Positions 9,752 to 18,727 of a stretch of 63,641 nucleotides of DNA are shown here, in pieces. The number at the start of each line of letters is the position of its first letter. Position 1 is the first letter of the stretch. The translations under genes were made by a program, and so were the position numbers. The notes beneath the pieces were generated by a model. It worked only from the letters and a program-made list of their open reading frames with translations. It had not been told where the DNA came from and ran no database searches. The DNA is taken from NCBI GenBank assembly GCA_022450665.1, contig JAKUPQ010000004.1, forward strand, positions 1 through 63,641. Direction: 5' to 3'. Origin of the DNA: Alphaproteobacteria bacterium (lineage in GTDB: Bacteria > Pseudomonadota > Alphaproteobacteria > Rickettsiales > VGDC01).

Positions 9752-12586
9752 TTACTTTTCATCATCCGAAGGCATGTCAGAATCAGCATCCGGCTGCGGT
9801 GCATCCGACTCATCTGCCATAAGCTCGCCCACCACTTCGCCTACCGCTTCCACAATGGTTGCAATCGTGCCTTCCGGCGCATTTTCTTCTTCGTCATCCA
9901 GCATATCGCCTTCAAGCATGCTGCCAGCAATGTGGCTAACAGACATTACATGCTCATCTTTGCTAATTTTGAAAATGGTCACCCCTTGGGTGTTACGCCC
10001 AGCAATACGAATATCATGGACAGGGGTGCGGATAAGCTTAGCTTTATCGGTCATCAGCATAATCTGATCTTCTTGCTCCACAGGGAAGCTTTGAATCACA
10101 CCGCCATTGCGTTTGCTGGTAACAATATTCACCACACCAGAACCACCGCGATTAGTAATACGGTATTCGTATGCCGAACTCCGTTTGCCATAGCCGTTTT
10201 CGGTGATAGTGAGGATGAATTGCTCATTTGCTTCTAGTTCATCAAGCCGCTCTTGCGACAATGCTATCGTATCGGTTGCTACATCATCGGGCACATCGCC
10301 TTCTTCACCAAAGGCGCGACGTTTTGCAGCCGCATATTTTAAATACGCATCCCGTTCTTCCATCGAGATTTCATTGCCATCCAGAATGCTCATAGACACA
10401 ATTTCATCGCCTTCGGTCAGTCGCATACCACGTACGCCATCAGAAGTTCGGCTCTTAAATACACGTACCCCTGTAGCAGGAAAACGAATACACTTGCCCG
10501 ATTTTGCCGCAAGCAATACATGTTGATGATCGTGGCATGGGAACACGTCAATTAATTTATCGTCTTCATCCAAACGCATAGCAATTTTGCCATTGCTCAT
10601 AACATTGTGGAAATCCGACAAATCATTGCGACGCACATTTCCTTTTTGCGTGGCAAACATAATATGCATGTCGTCCCAAAGCGCTTCATCTTCAGGTAGC
10701 GGCATGAAATTATGTATAGTTTCACCATCTTCGAGAGGGAAAATATTTACCAATGCTTTTCCACGGGCTTGTGGCGTACCCAGCGGCAGTTTATAGACTT
10801 TAAGTTTATATACTTTTCCTGCGGTAGAGAAAAACAACATAGGCGTGTGGGTGTTGGCCACAATCACTTCGCTGGTTTCATCTTCATCGCGCATACTCAT
10901 ACCACTGCGGCCTTTGCCACCTCGGCGTTGGGCGCGATAGGTAGAAAGCGGCACACGTTTGATGTATCCGCCCACGGTAATCATCACCACCATATCTTCT
11001 TGCTGAATCAAGTCTTCCATATCGCGCTCGAATTCACTTTCAATGATTTCGGTGCGGCGTGGCACAGCAAATTTTTCGCGCATTTCCAGCAATTCGCTTT
11101 TCAGCAATGCCGTCAACACTTCACGCGATCCTAGAATTTCTAAATAGCGCTTAATATCAACTGAAAGCCCTTTTAACTCTTCATCAATTTTTTCGCGCTC
11201 TAAACCTGTTAAGCGTTGCAAGCGCAGCTCCAGAATTGCCCGTGCTTGTGCTTCGGTAAAGCGGATTTTGCCTTCGGTAATTTCGTTGCCCGAATCGTCT
11301 ACCAAATCAAGTAATGCCTGCACATCGCCAGCTTTCCAGCTGCGGTGCATTAACTCTTCACGGGCTTCCACCGGATCTTTCGCAGCACGAATAACTTTGA
11401 TGACTTCATCAATATTCGCTACGGCAATGGCCAGACCAATCAACACATGTGCGCGGTCGCGGGACTTATTGAGTAAATACAGTGTTCGGCGGCTGATTAC
11501 TTCTTCGCGAAATGCGATAAATGCCTCGATAACGTCTTTCACATTCATCTGGCGTGGACGCCCATGATCAAGCGCCAGCATGTTCACACCAAAACTTGTT
11601 TGCAGTGGCGTATAAGCAAACAGCTGATTCAACACCACTTCCGGCATAGCATCGCGCTTAATTTCCACCACAACGCGCACACCGGATTTATCGGATTCAT
11701 CGCGTAAATCCGAAATACCTTCAATTTTCTTATCGCGCACCAATTCTGCAATACGCTCAATCATCCGCGCCTTATTCACTTGATATGGCACCTCGGTAAT
11801 AATAATTGCTTCTTTTTTATTGTTCAGCGTTTCAATTTCAGTTCTACCGCGCATTATCACCGATCCGCGTCCGGTATGCATGGCAGAATGCGCCCCTGTA
11901 CGACCTAAAATTATGCCTCCGGTGGGAAAATCCGGCCCAGGGCATACGGTCATCATTTCTTCGATAGTGACGTCTTTATTTTCAATATACATGCAGCACG
12001 CATCGATAACCTCGCCGAGGTTATGGGGTGGGATATTGGTCGCCATACCTACTGCGATACCCCCTGCACCATTCACCAGCAGATTAGGGTATTGTGCAGG
12101 CAATACAACGGGCTCGCTTTCGGAGCCATCGTAGTTATCGACATAATTGACAGTATTTTTATCGATATCTTCCAATAGCGCATGGGCAGATTTTGCCATA
12201 CGCGATTCGGTATAACGCATGGCCGCAGCCTTATCGCCATCCATGGAGCCAAAGTTACCCTGACCGTCAATCAGCGGCAAACTCATCGAGAAGCTTTGTG
12301 CCATACGCACCAGTGCATCATAAATAGCACTATCACCATGGGGGTGGTATTTACCCATCACGTCACCCACGATACGCGCCGATTTTTTATAGGGGCGGTT
12401 AAAGTCGCAGCCCAGCGCCATCATACCATACAAAATACGGCGGTGAACAGGCTTGAGCCCATCGCGCACATCAGGAATTGCGCGGCTGACAATTACGCTC
12501 ATGGCATAATCGAGATAGCTGCGCTTCATTTCATCTTCAATGGCAACGGAGGGGCTTGGGGGAGTGAGATTGGTAGCGTCAGTCAC
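9752..12586 (-). CDS. gyrA: DNA gyrase subunit A
   Basis: [26 protein letters not shown], GyrA box QRRGGKG, C-terminal pinwheel repeats and acidic tail. Confidence 0.99.
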   Translation of the reverse strand: MTDATNLTPPSPSVAIEDEMKRSYLDYAMSVIVSRAIPDVRDGLKPVHRRILYGMMALGCDFNRPYKKSARIVGDVMGKYHPHGDSAIYDALVRMAQSFSMSLPLIDGQGNFGSMDGDKAAAMRYTESRMAKSAHALLEDIDKNTVNYVDNYDGSESEPVVLPAQYPNLLVNGAGGIAVGMATNIPPHNLGEVIDACCMYIENKDVTIEEMMTVCPGPDFPTGGIILGRTGAHSAMHTGRGSVIMRGRTEIETLNNKKEAIIITEVPYQVNKARMIERIAELVRDKKIEGISDLRDESDKSGVRVVVEIKRDAMPEVVLNQLFAYTPLQTSFGVNMLALDHGRPRQMNVKDVIEAFIAFREEVISRRTLYLLNKSRDRAHVLIGLAIAVANIDEVIKVIRAAKDPVEAREELMHRSWKAGDVQALLDLVDDSGNEITEGKIRFTEAQARAILELRLQRLTGLEREKIDEELKGLSVDIKRYLEILGSREVLTALLKSELLEMREKFAVPRRTEIIESEFERDMEDLIQQEDMVVMITVGGYIKRVPLSTYRAQRRGGKGRSGMSMRDEDETSEVIVANTHTPMLFFSTAGKVYKLKVYKLPLGTPQARGKALVNIFPLEDGETIHNFMPLPEDEALWDDMHIMFATQKGNVRRNDLSDFHNVMSNGKIAMRLDEDDKLIDVFPCHDHQHVLLAAKSGKCIRFPATGVRVFKSRTSDGVRGMRLTEGDEIVSMSILDGNEISMEERDAYLKYAAAKRRAFGEEGDVPDDVATDTIALSQERLDELEANEQFILTITENGYGKRSSAYEYRITNRGGSGVVNIVTSKRNGGVIQSFPVEQEDQIMLMTDKAKLIRTPVHDIRIAGRNTQGVTIFKISKDEHVMSVSHIAGSMLEGDMLDDEEENAPEGTIATIVEAVGEVVGELMADESDAPQPDADSDMPSDDEK

Positions 12587-12684
12587 AATACGCCTCTACA
12601 ACATATAGTCATTAATAACAGCCTATTTTGTACCAAACAAGCCCCTTGAACACAATGTATTTCAGCGTTTTTGCGACATTTTTC

Positions 12685-12693
12685 TGTGGATAA
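12685..12693 (-). promoter_or_regulatory. DnaA box upstream of gyrA
   Basis: TGTGGATAA, the reverse complement of consensus TTATCCACA; single copy. Confidence 0.45.
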
Positions 12694-12787
12694 CTCTACT
12701 ATACCCCTGAATATACCATATACGGTATTAATCTTGAAGCTGACGCTACATCTATCGGCGGGGCGAGTAAGCACAAAATGCATAATA

Positions 12788-12803
12788 GTTAATTTTTGGT
12801 TAA
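12788..12803. promoter_or_regulatory. CtrA binding site
   Basis: GTTAA-TTTTTGG-TTAA, a perfect TTAA-N7-TTAA. Confidence 0.6.
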
Positions 12804-12898
12804 TTGAACTTATATAATCTTTATAACTACCGCCAAACCCCATATATCTCCTTCACAGGCCTACTTGCATAATAGAAATGTTATTCAAGGAGAGCATT

Positions 12899-13147
12899 AT
12901 GCAGGTTACAGCAATCAACGCGGCATTTACCGGAACACAGCGCAAGACGCAAAATTCGGCTTATGAAGACAGCAAAGAGCCACGCTCCACATTTTCTGCA
13001 TTTTTAGAAGATGCCGAACAAGTTGGCGAAACAGAGCTGGATGCCGCGCTGGATCGCGCAATGACGCGCTTTAACGCCCCTGCATCCCAAGCGCCTGCAG
13101 CAGAACCTAACCGCGTTAAACCGCAAATCATAAATTTAGTAGCGTAA
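12899..13147 (+). CDS. Small hypothetical protein (82 aa)
   Basis: AAGGAG RBS before MQVTAINAA; host-like codon usage; CtrA box upstream. Confidence 0.7.
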   Translation: MQVTAINAAFTGTQRKTQNSAYEDSKEPRSTFSAFLEDAEQVGETELDAALDRAMTRFNAPASQAPAAEPNRVKPQIINLVA

Positions 13148-13159
13148 TTTTCATTATTT

Positions 13160-13224
13160 AAAACGAGAAACGCCCCCTCTAAGAGTTTTGGCCGAAGCCA
13201 AAAAGAGGGGGCGTTCTCGATTGC
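13160..13224 (-). repeat. 65-bp hairpin repeat, copy 1 (3' end/terminator of cassette 1)
   Basis: Minus strand CGAGAACGCCCCCTCT-TTTTGGC-TTCG-GCCAAAA-CTCTT-AGAGGGGGCGTTTCTCG-TTTT; 64/65 identical to 13560-13624. Confidence 0.95.
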
Positions 13225-13257
13225 GGTGCTGCAGTAGGACGTGCGTGAAGTTCAGTT

Positions 13258-13410
13258 CTAGTACACGTCGAACACGTCGTGAGGCAGCTTGAGGTCGCGG
13301 CGGAGGCGGTAGATCTGGTAATTGATCCGCTTGGGCATGTTGTGGATCGTGTCGTAGACGACGGCGACGCCGTAGACGAACGCGAAGCAGCCCTTGCCGA
13401 TGATCTCCAT
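13258..13410 (-). CDS. Cassette 1 cargo: 50-aa small protein, not in the ORF track
   Basis: MEIIGKGCFAFVYGVAVVYDTIHNMPKRINYQIYRLRRDLKLPHDVFDVY*; 48 of 50 codons end in G/C; preceded by GAAAGGGTTGGTGTTTGCA. Confidence 0.8.
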   Translation of the reverse strand: MEIIGKGCFAFVYGVAVVYDTIHNMPKRINYQIYRLRRDLKLPHDVFDVY

Positions 13411-13557
13411 TGCAAACACCAACCCTTTCAGGCCAGTAAAGCGAGTGGTATTTCCACACGCAGGGTGTACAGATGTGTAAAACAGCTACACTTTTAAATT
13501 ACTTAAAAGAAAAATAATGTAATTATAATATCTGAGAAATATTACAGTTTTATGACA
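13411..13557 (-). promoter_or_regulatory. Cassette 1 promoter and leader
   Basis: TGTCATAAAACTGTAAT (13541-13557), TATTATAAT (13522-13530) and a ~110-nt leader homologous to the cassette 2 leader. Confidence 0.7.
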
Positions 13558-13559
13558 TA

Positions 13560-13624
13560 AAAACGAGAAACGCCCCCTCTGAGAGTTTTGGCCGAAGCCA
13601 AAAAGAGGGGGCGTTCTCGATTGC
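13560..13624 (-). repeat. 65-bp hairpin repeat, copy 2 (3' end/terminator of cassette 2)
   Basis: Exactly 400 bp from copy 1; the single difference (13181 A vs 13581 G) lies in the unpaired bulge. Confidence 0.95.
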
Positions 13625-13639
13625 AAATGTTGCGTGGCG

Positions 13640-13897
13640 TCATCTCATGTTCATGAATGTGTACGCAGCTGCGCCGATCAGAACGATGAGGATGAGAAAG
13701 ACGAACGGAGCGAGTGTGCCGAGCAAGAGGATCCAGAAGCTGATGTAGTGCAAGACTACGATCGAGCTGAGGATGAACGTTGCGGCAGTCGCCCAGTAGA
13801 TCAGTGGCGGGTTCGAGGAGCACATCACGAGTATCAGTAGAACCGACAGTGTGAGTACAACCGGGAACAAGCCAAGCACGCAAATCCACGGAGACAA
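13640..13897 (-). CDS. Cassette 2 cargo: 85-aa very hydrophobic (about 3 TM) protein
   Basis: TTG start at the position equivalent to the cassette 1 ATG (after GAAAGGTTGGTGTTTGCT); (M)SPWICVLGLFPVVLTLSVLLILVMCSS...AAAYTFMNMR*; 64/85 codons end in G/C. Confidence 0.7.
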   Translation of the reverse strand: MSPWICVLGLFPVVLTLSVLLILVMCSSNPPLIYWATAATFILSSIVVLHYISFWILLLGTLAPFVFLILIVLIGAAAYTFMNMR

Positions 13898-14045
13898 AGC
13901 AAACACCAACCTTTCTAGGGTCAGTCGAGCGGGTGATGAATCACGGGCAGATAAAACAGGTGTGCAAAAACACAGCTAATACTTTTTAAAACAAAAAGAA
14001 AGTTAAGCTGTCATTATAATAGCGCTGTGTTACCGTTTTATGACG
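13898..14045 (-). promoter_or_regulatory. Cassette 2 promoter and leader
   Basis: CGTCATAAAACGGTAAC (14029-14045), TATAAT 10 nt downstream (14013-14018), leader homologous to cassette 1. Confidence 0.7.
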
Positions 14046-14708
14046 TTAGCGGCCGTATTTCGCAGTTAATTCTGTTTTTGCTATTCCGTGTTCATTCAGC
14101 ATAAACCCAACCAGTGCAGGGCTGGCATCTTTTGGTGCTTTAAGCACTTCGGCATTCAATGCATGAACCGTTACAATATAACGATGCGGCTCATCTCCAA
14201 CGGGCGGGCATGGCCCCCCATAGGCATGTTCGCTGTAGTCATTACGCACCTGCACCGCACCTTCTGGCAAACCAGTGCTGCTAGCTGCCATTTCCAACGA
14301 GGTCACATTGGCGGGAATATTATACACTACCCAGTGCCACCAACCGCTTCCGGTGGGTGCATCGGGATCATAAATAGTGACAGCATAACTTTTAGTTTCG
14401 ATGGGAGCGCCGTGCCATGAAAGCGCCGGAGAAATATTTTCACCTTCGCAGCCAAATCCATTAAACAAATGTAATGCCGCAATCGGCTCATCTGCATTGT
14501 AATCCGGACTACTGACTTTAAAAGGATTCTCTTCTTCTATTCCCACCGCTGAGGTTACTTTTTCCGTAGCGGCAACCATCTTACTTTTTGCAACATCAGT
14601 GGCAGCGCTTACTTTTTCTTTTATCACTTCTATAGTGGTTTCTTTTTCCGCTGCGTTTGCACCTGAAACACACGACAGCATTAACGCAGTAGCTATAAGT
14701 TTTTTCAT
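14046..14708 (-). CDS. YbhB/YbcL family (PEBP / Raf kinase inhibitor-like) exported protein
   Basis: Signal peptide, GENISPALSW, YDPDAPTGSGWWHW, YGGPCPP, HRY. Confidence 0.93.
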   Translation of the reverse strand: MKKLIATALMLSCVSGANAAEKETTIEVIKEKVSAATDVAKSKMVAATEKVTSAVGIEEENPFKVSSPDYNADEPIAALHLFNGFGCEGENISPALSWHGAPIETKSYAVTIYDPDAPTGSGWWHWVVYNIPANVTSLEMAASSTGLPEGAVQVRNDYSEHAYGGPCPPVGDEPHRYIVTVHALNAEVLKAPKDASPALVGFMLNEHGIAKTELTAKYGR

Positions 14709-14721
14709 GGTTTTTCCCTTA

Positions 14722-15930
14722 TTATTGTCCTTGTTTACCCAATAGCCGCAAGCGCAAGGCGTTAAGTTTTATAAACCCTTCTGCATCATGCTGATCATAT
14801 ACGGCGTCTTCTTCAAATGTAACATGTTGTTCGGAGTATAAACTCACGGGCGATTTTCGGCCAACAACAATCGTATTTCCCTTATAAAGTTTTAGCTTCA
14901 CCACACCTTGCACATGGGTTTGGCTTTCGTCTATCAATGCCTGTAGCATTTTGCGCTCCGGTGTCCACCAATAGCCATTATAAATTAATTCAGCATAGCG
15001 GGGCATTAATTCATCTTTCAGATGCGAAGCCCCACGATCAAGGGTTATGCTTTCCATTGCCCGGTGAGCGGCCAGCAAGATGGTTCCGCCCGGTGTTTCA
15101 TACACTCCGCGAGACTTCATTCCCACATAACGGTTTTCAACTAAATCAAGTCGTCCAATACCGTGCTTTCCGCCCAATTCATTCAACTTAGTCAACAAGT
15201 TTGCAGGAGAGAGCTTTTCGCCGTTAATAGCTACGGCATCCCCTTTATTAAACTCCACTTCGATAATTTCCGGCGTGTCGGGTGCGTTCTCTGGTGACAC
15301 ACTACGCTGGAACATCTCTTCGTCATATTCTTCCCATGGATTTTCTAATGCCCGTCCTTCATAGGAAATGTGCAGCAAGTTTGCATCCATAGAATAAGGC
15401 GCTTCACCGCGCTTGCCCCGTGGAATGGGAATCTGGTGTTTTTCGGCATATTCTATAAGCTTGGTACGCGAGTTTAAATCCCATTCACGCCACGGCGAAA
15501 TCACTTTAATATCAGGCTTCAGCCCATAATAACCAAGCTCAAAACGCACCTGATCGTTTCCTTTGCCGGTAGCGCCATGAGACACCGCATCGGCTCCCAC
15601 CTGTTTGGCAATTTCTATTTGGCGCTTAGCGATTAATGGACGTGCGATAGAGGTACCAAGTAAATACACTCCTTCATAAAGTGCATTGGCGCGGAACATG
15701 GGAAACACATAATCGCGCACAAATTCTTCGCGCAGATCATCCACAAAAATTTCTTTAACGCCCATCATCTCGGCTTTTTTACGAGCGGGTTCTAACTCTT
15801 CACCCTGCCCTAAATCGGCAGTAAAGGTAACCACCTCGCAGTCATAGGTTTCTTTGAGCCAGCGCAAAATAATTGAAGTATCCAACCCGCCGGAATAGGC
15901 GAGAACAACTTTTTTAATTTGCTTGGACAT
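14722..15930 (-). CDS. argG: Argininosuccinate synthase
   Basis: [34 protein letters not shown]. Confidence 0.99.
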   Translation of the reverse strand: MSKQIKKVVLAYSGGLDTSIILRWLKETYDCEVVTFTADLGQGEELEPARKKAEMMGVKEIFVDDLREEFVRDYVFPMFRANALYEGVYLLGTSIARPLIAKRQIEIAKQVGADAVSHGATGKGNDQVRFELGYYGLKPDIKVISPWREWDLNSRTKLIEYAEKHQIPIPRGKRGEAPYSMDANLLHISYEGRALENPWEEYDEEMFQRSVSPENAPDTPEIIEVEFNKGDAVAINGEKLSPANLLTKLNELGGKHGIGRLDLVENRYVGMKSRGVYETPGGTILLAAHRAMESITLDRGASHLKDELMPRYAELIYNGYWWTPERKMLQALIDESQTHVQGVVKLKLYKGNTIVVGRKSPVSLYSEQHVTFEEDAVYDQHDAEGFIKLNALRLRLLGKQGQ

Positions 15931-16016
15931 AGCAGAACCCTCTCATGAAACTTGCACCATAAACGGCGTTAGATTAGAACAGAATCTGCATCTTACGTAT
16001 AAAAAAGCGAAATACA

Positions 16017-17504
16017 ATGTCCCAATCAATCCCAGAAGAGGAATATGCTCTTTCAAATATAACGAAAGCAAGCAGATTCATAGGCTTATCAACAGGGATT
16101 ATTGCTTTTATCACGCTGTATTTTTTTACACCCCTTCCCAAGGGTATGGAGCCCGCTGCCCTGCAGGTAAGCGCTGTGGCCGCATTAATGATGTGCTGGT
16201 GGCTTTCCGAGGCGGTGCCCCTTGCTGCTACAGCATTAGTGCCTTTGGTGATTTTTCCTTTTACCGGCGTTATGGATATTACTACCACAGCTGCTGCATA
16301 TAGTAATCCGGTTGTATTTTTATTTATGGGCGGATTTATTTTGGCCATCGGTATGGAGCGCTGGAATTTACATATGCGCATTGCGCTGAATATCGTGCGG
16401 GTGGTCGGTAGCAATGCCAATCGTATTATTGCGGGATTTATGCTGGCAACTGCTTTTTTAAGCATGTGGATCAGTAATACCGCCACGGTAGTAATGATGC
16501 TGCCTATCAGCATGTCAGTGGTGCAACTTCTGACCCGCGACGGCACCCCGCAAAACGAAAAAGGCGCTAAAAACTTTTCCACCTGCATGATGCTGGGGCT
16601 TGCGTTTTCTGCCAGCATTGGCGGGGTTGGCACCCTTATCGGCACACCGCCTAACGCCGTTTTTGCTGGCTATGTTCGCACCGCATACGGCATAGAAATA
16701 GGCTTTGCCCAGTGGATGAAACTTGCAGTGCCTATTGCAATTATTATGCTGATTGCCTGTTGGATAGTGTTAGTAAGCATTTATCCCAATCGCATGGGAC
16801 ATATTGAAGGAGCGCGACGCATTATAAACTATGAGCTGCAAAAACTCGGTGGCTGGAATCGTGGCGAGAAAATGGTGGCGATAATTTTTCTTACTACCAC
16901 ATTCTTATGGATATTTCGCGGCGCATTAAATACAGCTTTCCCGTTTCTAACACTTAATGATTCGGGCATTGCTATTATGGGCGCTCTGGCGATGCTGATT
17001 TTACCCGTGTCATTTCGCTCCGGACAAATGCTGCTTTCGTGGCGCGATGCAGAAAAATTACCTTGGGGAATTTTATTGTTGTTCGGCGGCGGCTTATGCT
17101 TAGCTTCTGCCGTACGCAGCAGTCAATTGGCACAATGGTTGGGAGTGCAAATACAATCGGTTGTTGATGTTTCAGAATTTGTACTTATTCTGATAATCGC
17201 AGGCGTAATAAAGCTATTGACTGAATTTATGAGTAATGTTGCCACCATTACCACATTTTTGCCCGTCATTGCTGCGGTTGCGGTTGCATCCAACTATGCA
17301 CCGCTGATATTAATGGTTCCGGCCACGCTTGCCGCAAGTTTTGCGTTTATGACACCTGTGGCCACGGCACCAAACGCAATTGTTTTTGCCAGCGGCCATG
17401 TGCAAATCCGGCAAATGGCGTATGCTGGCCTTTGGTTGAATCTTATCGCTTGGGTGGTTGCTCCGGCATTGTGTTATTATTTTATGGAATACGCCTTTGA
17501 ATAG
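16017..17504 (+). CDS. DASS/SLC13 family sodium-coupled di/tricarboxylate or sulfate symporter
   Basis: LSMWISNTAT, GTLIGTPPN, EFMSNVAT, PVATAPNAIVF. Confidence 0.93.
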   Translation: MSQSIPEEEYALSNITKASRFIGLSTGIIAFITLYFFTPLPKGMEPAALQVSAVAALMMCWWLSEAVPLAATALVPLVIFPFTGVMDITTTAAAYSNPVVFLFMGGFILAIGMERWNLHMRIALNIVRVVGSNANRIIAGFMLATAFLSMWISNTATVVMMLPISMSVVQLLTRDGTPQNEKGAKNFSTCMMLGLAFSASIGGVGTLIGTPPNAVFAGYVRTAYGIEIGFAQWMKLAVPIAIIMLIACWIVLVSIYPNRMGHIEGARRIINYELQKLGGWNRGEKMVAIIFLTTTFLWIFRGALNTAFPFLTLNDSGIAIMGALAMLILPVSFRSGQMLLSWRDAEKLPWGILLLFGGGLCLASAVRSSQLAQWLGVQIQSVVDVSEFVLILIIAGVIKLLTEFMSNVATITTFLPVIAAVAVASNYAPLILMVPATLAASFAFMTPVATAPNAIVFASGHVQIRQMAYAGLWLNLIAWVVAPALCYYFMEYAFE

Positions 17505-18117
17505 CCCGCTATACAGACCCGAAAAATCACTCTATGAGCGATTAACCACCCAATGGTTAACCCTCACCAATTTTGCGTGGTTTCTGGGCGCGGTGCTGGT
17601 CATTATTATGTTGGTGCTAATGTTCAAAAGCGCCAAGGTTCTGGGCGTTGGCCAAAAGGAATACCCCTATGAACTCGTGGGTGTAACCGCCACCCAGCTA
17701 GACTCGCACTTAAATACAGCGCGTGCCATGGGTAGTGTGGTGTTTTTATACGATTCCAAATGCACCAACTGCCCCAAAGAGATGGATTCGCTGCTTAATT
17801 TGCGCGCATTCGAAAAAGACAAACAAATCGCACTTTTCTTCGTTTCTATGGATGACGATCCGGTTAGCACGATGAATTTTCTAGAAAAACAAAATGTGCC
17901 GGAATCTATGATAACTTATTATGCCTCACCTGAAGACAGGCAGTTTATTGCAAACTCACTAAAAAGACGCGGGAGCGTTGCGGTAGATTTAACCTACCCG
18001 CACACCTTGCTTTTTAATAGTGCCGGTAAGCTAATTGTTGAATATAAAGGTTATGTGCGTTCTCAAGAAATCATGCGCACCTTGAAGCTATATAAAATGC
18101 AACAGGATATAAACTAA
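17497..18117 (+). CDS. Membrane-anchored thioredoxin-fold (TlpA/ResA-like) protein
   Basis: One TM segment, CTNC motif, YPHT cis-Pro region; TTG start at 17497 assumed. Confidence 0.7.
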   Translation: MNSPLYRPEKSLYERLTTQWLTLTNFAWFLGAVLVIIMLVLMFKSAKVLGVGQKEYPYELVGVTATQLDSHLNTARAMGSVVFLYDSKCTNCPKEMDSLLNLRAFEKDKQIALFFVSMDDDPVSTMNFLEKQNVPESMITYYASPEDRQFIANSLKRRGSVAVDLTYPHTLLFNSAGKLIVEYKGYVRSQEIMRTLKLYKMQQDIN

Positions 18118-18121
18118 CGTC

Positions 18122-18727
18122 ATGAATATTAAACGTGTTGTTCGTAATACCATTCTCATTGCCGTGGGCGCAATTGCAATTGCCAGTATTTTCTTTGGTG
18201 GGTCAGAAAAACCAAAGCCTTATGAGCCAACACCCGAAATAAAAGAATATGCCGCAGCAACTATTGTACCATTTAAAGCAAACGAATTAGCCAATTTAAT
18301 TGCAGCTAACCAAGGCGCGCCTACGCTGTTATTTGCCTATGCATCATGGTGTCCACATTGTAAAAAACAGTTTTTGATGCTGAGTGCGCTTAATATACGC
18401 TTTAATGACGCGCTAAAAATCGAGTATATCGCTCTCAATCATGATCAATATAAATTGGCGGCATTTTTAAAAGAAAAATATGTCGGCGAAATACCATTCA
18501 CCCCCTATCATCTGGCGATAGAAAACCGAGAAGCTTTTAATGCTGTGCTGGAAGGCTATGGATTTACTCCCGAAAATACTGTGCCGCACATATTTCTATT
18601 TGATGCACAAGGCAAGCCCGTTACCGAATTTAAAGGCCTTACAGAGATTCCGGTATTATTGCCCGAAATACAAAAATTAGTAAAAAGCAAAACGCCTGAA
18701 GAAGCCTCTCAGCCCCTCGCCCATTGA
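18122..18727 (+). CDS. TlpA-like thioredoxin/disulfide reductase
   Basis: N-terminal anchor, YASWCPHC, VPH motif. Confidence 0.8.
   Translation: MNIKRVVRNTILIAVGAIAIASIFFGGSEKPKPYEPTPEIKEYAAATIVPFKANELANLIAANQGAPTLLFAYASWCPHCKKQFLMLSALNIRFNDALKIEYIALNHDQYKLAAFLKEKYVGEIPFTPYHLAIENREAFNAVLEGYGFTPENTVPHIFLFDAQGKPVTEFKGLTEIPVLLPEIQKLVKSKTPEEASQPLAH

Noticed and set aside
9752..9910. Acidic C-terminal tail of GyrA as a novelty
   Set aside because: Acidic tails are a known feature of many GyrA proteins.
12590..12880. Replication origin at the gyrA intergenic region
   Set aside because: Only one perfect DnaA box and no typical ori-flanking genes; the same 9-mer also occurs inside coding regions (21641, 28701).
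13160..13624. Repeats as a CRISPR array or integron attC sites
   Set aside because: Only two 65-bp copies separated by 335 bp, and no cas or intI gene in the window. The ends (GAGAAAC/GTTCTCG) do not fit RYYYAAC/GTTRRRY, and each unit has its own promoter.
13154..13889. ORF-track frames 13154..13459, 13179..13415, 13279..13497, 13542..13889 and 13634..13840
   Set aside because: Shadow frames of GC-rich cargo that read through the hairpin or lie antisense; RBS position and codon bias support 13258..13410 and 13640..13897 instead.
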